This document shows positions 23,572 to 64,000 of a stretch of 64,000 nt of DNA, piece after piece. How positions within the stretch are numbered: the first letter of the stretch is position 1; each line of letters starts with the position of its first letter. Source of the stretch: Botryllus schlosseri (taxonomy: Eukaryota). The position numbers and the translations under genes are program-made. The notes under the pieces are model-generated. The model had not been told where the DNA came from, ran no database searches, and saw nothing but the letters and a program-made list of their open reading frames with translations. The stretch lies in contig CM119372.1 in NCBI GenBank assembly GCA_051294905.1, positions 23,374,001 through 23,438,000 on the forward strand, written 5' to 3'.

Positions 23572-26308
23572 TTTTATATGCATAACATGATGCAACAAAA
23601 ATACAGAAGGGGAACCATCAACCATCAGATAAGTGTCTATGGTTTGGTTTCAATCTATAGTTATCAGCTTGCAACTCAATTTCAATTAGGACTTGTTTCA
23701 TAGTACGGTATATCAAATCTTGTGTTGGGTCACCTTTCTATCAACTATCAAATAACGAGCCAACAGAATTCAATTATCGACACCATTTATGATAAATCAC
23801 ACAAAAGACAGAGTGGAATCGGTCGTAACGGCACGCGCAGTGTCACGCGAGCATTCATATCTGATCACGCCGATTAATGAATTACGCTGACGTCACAAAG
23901 CGATACCAGAGTCCCCCTATGGAATCTCGGTTCATTTTTTGAAATAAATCCTGCGTGATGAGAGCTTTTCTGCATAGAATAATTAAGTAATTGAACAGAA
24001 AATCCTGCGTGACGTTGTCACCAATTCCACTCTGGTCAGAGTCCAGATCCAGAATAAGGCACTTGCGCTTTACAATGAACTCAAGCAAGCGTGGCATTTG
24101 CCTAACAGCGAATATGCGGCGTAACCCTAGCCCGGCGTATACCAGGTTCATTTTAGCACATTGTGTCGTTTAATAAGTATTTCAGTATTGAATCAGAGCG
24201 AAAAATATTTCCGTCACGCGGATGAAATTTTCCAATCACACGAGAAATCCGTCTGTCACGCACATGTTGTCGAAAACAACCACCGATTCCAGTATGGAAC
24301 AAAATTCGCGCAACTGCCTACAGGATTGGCTATTTCCATATCGAAATTGTAGCATGGCCATCAATTTCAACATAAAATCAGTGGCAGTCCGTGGGCCATA
24401 AGACAGAACAAAACAAGTTTGAAAATTCGATACAGCTTTGTTGGTATAGTAGGTTAGGTGGTAGCAAGGATGGTTGATTGAGAATAAATTATGTACTGCT
24501 GTCATCTCTCCAGCTAGAAATACCTAAATGATTCACTACGTAACGACATCCAAATGGAGCACTCAAATTGGCAAATAACGACCGCAGTGGCAAGAGTCGA
24601 AATCAGCTTGGATCGTGGTAACAAGGAATGAGAATTTCAAATTCATAGTTCTACCCTTCGGCCTTCAACTTAGTTCAGATTATACAACATTGAAAGTATG
24701 TCACCCCACCACTCAACAAACCGATACTATACTCTCTCTTTCGGCCGTCTATCACATGCGTTCCGTATCATTTCGTTTCCGTATCTAGTCACTGTGCCGG
24801 TTCGGTGACGGAGCATGCGCCTCACCACAGACGAAGAAAACGCTGGACCGAAGAGCGATAAAGTTGTATTGTTGTGCCCGTAGTGTGACATTTTTTTAAT
24901 GAGTTATATGAGGATCGAGTCTCTTTATCTGCCTCTATGACTATAAGGAGATGTTACCGGCATGGTTCAATTTCGTGTTATCAGCCTACAGCCTAATCAC
25001 TGTGAGCAGTGAGCAATGGTCCTTGAGATGAAGACGTTATTTGCATTCAATTCAAATTATTGCTAGGAATCAAAGATATATTTTGAATGAATACAACCTG
25101 AATGCCATTTATTTTGTATTCACAGCACAGGCATCATCAACCTTTTTGGAGGGGGGTCTGAAGGGGCACACTCTGTCTTCCCCAGGGGTAGGCTGTTAGT
25201 GTTATATCTAGTTTAGGGTTACCATACGTGCTCCCTTAGGAAGATTTGTCCTCGTTTTTCAAGTTTTTGAAAATGTCCTCTGATGACGCGTAAACGTCCT
25301 CCTTGCAGCTTTTACAGCTAAGATAATGGATAGTTTCGAGTGAAAATGGGCATAAATGACGCTAACTAGGAAATTCGTGGTTCAATTGAAAGCGACGACC
25401 TTTTTTAGTCGAGTTTTTCAGTAATAAGTGTGTAAATCGGGAGTCGAACGAAAGTGATGACTTTGTTTAGTCAACCCACCAATTTTTTTTTTCAATCACT
25501 GATTTCAGTTCTGATCACCATAACTTTTCTGATTTGGTAAAAGTATGGAATGTAATCGATCAAGGTGCAGATAGGCAACCTAGTGAGTGGTGTGTACGAT
25601 AGAACTAATCATGTAGGGTAGGCTAGCTAACACCATATTAGCCATAGTTTAAGCTGCAAAGGTAGGGGCCTACCAGCAAGCCTACTTATAGTTTGCATGC
25701 AGCTATTCTGGTGGAGGGTTGGTGAAATATCAATCCATACAGTACACCTGATGCATCATATTTCAGATACGTTCATTGTAGGTTGTTACTTGAATGTCTT
25801 CGAACGAGTTCAAGCGATAATAGAATATGGCATGCCAAGATCCATCAGGAAACGTCGTTGCATCTTTGAGTTCAAGATCTTGCCTTTTCGTGATTGCTCA
25901 TGCCGGCAACGCAAGTCTGTATGGTTTTATATGTATAATTGTATATACTGACATCATACCACTAAGCAGAGCCTACACTGGCACAAAACCCTACCACCTA
26001 CCTCGCGCACACAAATCCCTGCACAAACCCGAGTAGCCTTGTCATCCCTAGACACTTCCTACTTTACCACCCTGCTATAACTACTACTTACAACTCTAAA
26101 CGACGACATACTCGCGCACAGCCAGCCAGTCGTGGGTTTTCATCATCAGGGGTAGCCAGGGAAAAGGGGCATTTGTTCGCCGCCTGTGTCACTACTTCTC
26201 ATAATCAGAGTCCACGGAAAGACTTGATGTAGTTACGTACTATTCGACTATATAAATATAGGTTTCCTACGTGTCGAATATCATCGATTTAATGCCATTT
26301 ATTTCAGG

Positions 26309-27560
26309 ATAGATAAACAATCAACACTTACAGACAATATGAATCGAACATTGACGAAGGGCGAAGGTACAGAGAACGGTAAAATTCGGTAAGCATGCTG
26401 AAGTGCCCAGTTGACAAATTACATAATCTCAAACCTAACTAGAAAAACGAATTTGATCGCGAATTTTCAGTCATTTTCAAGTAAAATGAAAAACAATTAT
26501 AGACGCGCATGTCTGCACTGGTAGCAAAAGCGCTACGTTATTGGTGGCAAATTGTAGCATAACAAGGAACTTCGTTAAGCCAACCGAATGACACCAAATG
26601 CGTAAATCGATCCAGTCTTTTCAGGAGATCATCGAGATGAAGAAGATAATTTAAAAACGGTAAGAGACGATTAGCTAGGTTGCGGGAACATGCCATTATA
26701 TATAGCGATTCCATGCATGGCCGGTAGAGTGTGCAACATATGTAGGAAACGATAAACCCACAGTGACGGTTTGGAAATGTAGCAAACCTGCATCATATAC
26801 TGAATGGACATACGTTATACTACTCAACAAATAGCACCAAATAGAAATCATGCAAGAAAAAGATAAATGATACGTTAGCGTAGATGAGCTGTCAAGAAAT
26901 AATCATATGAAACTTTTAAAATACATTCTTGCCACTTGGAGAATATTATATGATCCAGGTAACCTTAAGGTACATCCACACAAGCACCAGCTTCCTATAA
27001 AGTGCTTTATCGTGAGGAAAGTAACCATGGACGATTGCCAAATAAGTAGGCTACATTGATTTGAACTTGCCAGTCAAGTACGAGTTGTTCCCACAGAGCA
27101 TACGGTTCGGAATCAACACTAAATTAGCGGGTTGATAACAAAACACGATACCATTACGCACGAACAGACAAAATTCGGAACCGCATTTCCTCTCGGTTAT
27201 TCCACACTGGAGATAGAGCGAGTTCATGACTGGCAAATAGCTGAAAAAATCTGGCAGGAGTTTGAAGACAATATGTGAACGTTGAAACAGATAACGGCGT
27301 AAAAGTACATTTTGAATACTGCCACGGACGCAGGGTAAGTTGATGCGGAGGTACGGAAATATAAGTGATCGGTAAATAGCAGGATGGAAACATTCTTGAA
27401 ACACCGCAATCGCGGGTACTGCAAACCAGTCTGGAAAGGTAGTAGCATCACAACGATAAATGCAGGCTTGGCGCGCTACAACTATACCTTAAAAACAAGC
27501 GCGATGGTGCTATGTCAGAACAACTTTACCATAGATTGCCGAAGATGTGATAGCAAATAA
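26309..27560 (+). pseudogene. Possible decayed multi-exon gene, product unknown
   Basis: Exon-like pieces with GT-AG ends (26309-26379, 26625-26659). One frame 26835-27278 reads like protein but has stops at 26868, 27057 and 27120, then an apparent frameshift. No family recognised. Confidence 0.25.
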
Positions 27561-27915
27561 ATCGGCACTTTGACAAGGCCGGCCCTAGCCCAGAACTAAA
27601 CAAAAATGTTCAGTACAGTTTACAAGTTGACATCGTCCGATAGAAGATAAATGCGAGTCTCAAAGCGAAGAGAAATTGTGTGTCGGCCAGGTTTTCCACG
27701 GGTTAAACGATTATCGCAATACAAAAGCTCTCGATACTGCAGCGCAGGTGCATATCGCATCAGCTTGATAACGCACACGCTAGTTGCCAGCGATTATAAC
27801 GAAAGGAAGGCTACATTGGCAATACACACTGTACGATACAACTCTTCTGACGATCGGCGCAGACTTGCAAAAATGCACTTTTTTCACAAGTGCCTTACTT
27901 CAGCCGTAGCGTGAC

Positions 27916-28470
27916 TAGGGTTGGGCACAATTAGAGTACTCGTATCCGAATCCCAAGAGCGAGAGATGATTTCACCCATTACTCAAGTTACACATTCCTT
28001 TTGACTAAACGAGAATTATTTCGTCAAAGGCGTAGCTTTAAAATAGGGTTACCATATTTTGGGAATCTGAAAAGAGGACAATTTTTCAAAATTTTCAGAC
28101 TTACAATACCGGAGTGAAGTCCAGAATAATTGGTAAATTTATTCAGAGTTTGTAGTTGACGGACTAAAATCAAGGTCAACTTTCCTACTCGACACCGAAA
28201 ATACCCAATTTCTCGGAGATATTCCGTGGGTTGACTGAAACCTCAAGTGATCATATCACAGGATCCAAAACACGCAGCACAAAGCCACGCAGGTTGGGGT
28301 CAGTGACATTCCTGTAAAGTCATGATCCACCTACAGCATTATCACAAGTGCGGTGAAATGGGTATGGTCGAAAAATACTAAATTATATATGTGGCGTAGA
28401 GCCAGTATTATTTACTTTGTAGCCGCACAAAAAGTACATATTTCAACTTTCCACATCGTTATGACGCTAC
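27916..28470. mobile_element. Degenerate copy of the 18229-18726 MITE family with a nested TAGGGTTACCA fragment (~28044)
   Basis: Starts TAGGGTTGGGCACAA..GAGTACTCG; shares the TCATGATC..GAAATGGGTATGGTCGAAAAATAC block with 18480-18550; right end uncertain. Confidence 0.55.
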
Positions 28471-29109
28471 AATGAGCCATACTCTAATACACTGTCCCCC
28501 TAGAAGCCTCAAAGTACTCGGTTGGAAATGGAATCACGCTGCACGGCGATATCTGGTTAGCCATCTCACCTACGGAACGAGGGATGAGGTGGCGGTTACA
28601 TGAGATATATATTATTGGGGCTGGAGTGCAGATAACGTGAGTATTTGCGAGAAGGCACTCTAGCACCATAGACTGGAGAATTCGACAATAGCCAGGGCCG
28701 GGTATCAATTGTATTACTTTGAGTCGCAGCTAGCGAAAGTTGGCGGTCTTGAGCAATGAAATTATACGACTATCGAACTAACGGTTGTTTTATCGACAAG
28801 AAACTCGGTTTCAGGTACTTTCTTCCCCCCACAAGAGTCTTGAAACTTATGATGGTCAAAATTTAGCGTCTGAAGCACGCGAGGCTACAAATATTCTTGG
28901 GAACAACATTTCTTCGAGTTATTGATTGGCCCATCAACATGGACATAGTCACAAAGCGCAATCGAGACGAAGACAAAAGTATTCGCCGTGAAAATTGCGT
29001 TGTTTTCCTCGCGGTCGCAATATGGTAAATACCGGTTCAAAGGTTATCAGTTCTTATTAGTATGAAGTAAAAACAGGCGGTACTCAAACAGGACCTAATC
29101 GCAAACGGG

Positions 29110-63469
<34,360 letters not shown>

Positions 63470-63540
63470 CTATCGTGATTGAATGAAATCGGAGGCAAGA
63501 TGAGATTTAGCACTAAGATTCACGTACAAAAAAAAACAAT

Positions 63541-63980
63541 ACTCTGTGGTACTTCTACTTTTTTGGAATACTGAAGTAGGTTGCGTCAACTTGCACTCTT
63601 TACTCAAGTGGATATGCTCTCAGACTATTTCCCTTCTGCTTAACAGTTTTCGATGCATACCTACTCACTTTAGTGTAGCAGAAAGTAGTCTCGCCCTGTC
63701 TCGGGATTGGTTTCCAACACTTTTGCGAGTGAAATTATTATATCAACCGACGAAATAGCACATGTACCGTGATAGCAGATTAGATTATAGAAATCGCTCA
63801 ATTAGTAGTGTCTTTTTGTGTCATTCAAGTTACAATTTCTAAAGTATGCAAAATCTACATTTTAGAATTATTTCAGTAGTTTTCAGATATTCTCATTTAT
63901 AGTTTTGGCTTGTCTTAAAAATCGCTACTTCTACCCTTTAATAGACTACAAATTCACGACCTGAGTAGCAACACTGCCTA
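63541..63980. mobile_element. Degenerate fragment of the CTACTT-rich hAT family seen at 3354 and 37467
   Basis: GTACTTCTACTT..TACTCAAGT motifs and an end AGTAGCAACACTG; no TSD found. Confidence 0.35.
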
Positions 63981-64000
63981 CTCAGACCACATCTGCATAA

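Noticed and set aside
26868-26870. Selenocysteine TGA in the 26.8-kb frame
   Set aside because: The same frame has further stops including a TAA, there is no selenoprotein motif, and no SECIS was recognised.

Overview
Eukaryotic animal genomic DNA, not prokaryotic. It is most consistent with an ascidian (tunicate); this is an inference from chordate-like proteins, many ~55-65 bp introns and an operon-like gene junction. Gene models below were spliced by hand on GT-AG boundaries with phase checks. Genes: intronless Flightless-I (4280-8026, -), intronless BRAT1 (9333-11582, +), intronless NAXE (11644-12495, +), 12-exon Notchless/NLE1 (14708-23571, -), intronless class-I eIF4E (22751-23383, -) inside NLE1 intron 1 on the SAME strand, the 3' 22 exons of liprin-alpha (29110-63469, -, 5' end outside the window), and an unidentified 13-exon ~957-aa gene (45752-53404, +) nested antisense in a 12-kb liprin intron. 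Introns and spacers carry many hAT-type non-autonomous transposons, several with intact 8-bp TSDs. They also carry a tRNA-derived SINE and a ~2.2-kb palindrome built from two hAT transposase 3' ends. The strongest candidate for an undescribed system: the 29-nt first coding exon of NLE1 (MADCVSCDV) can splice in frame either to NLE1 exon 2 or to an acceptor 1 nt before the eIF4E ATG. One promoter and first exon would then give either the cap-binding factor or a 60S assembly factor, in a mutually exclusive way. No transcript evidence is available here; splicing, trans-splicing and expression claims are predictions.
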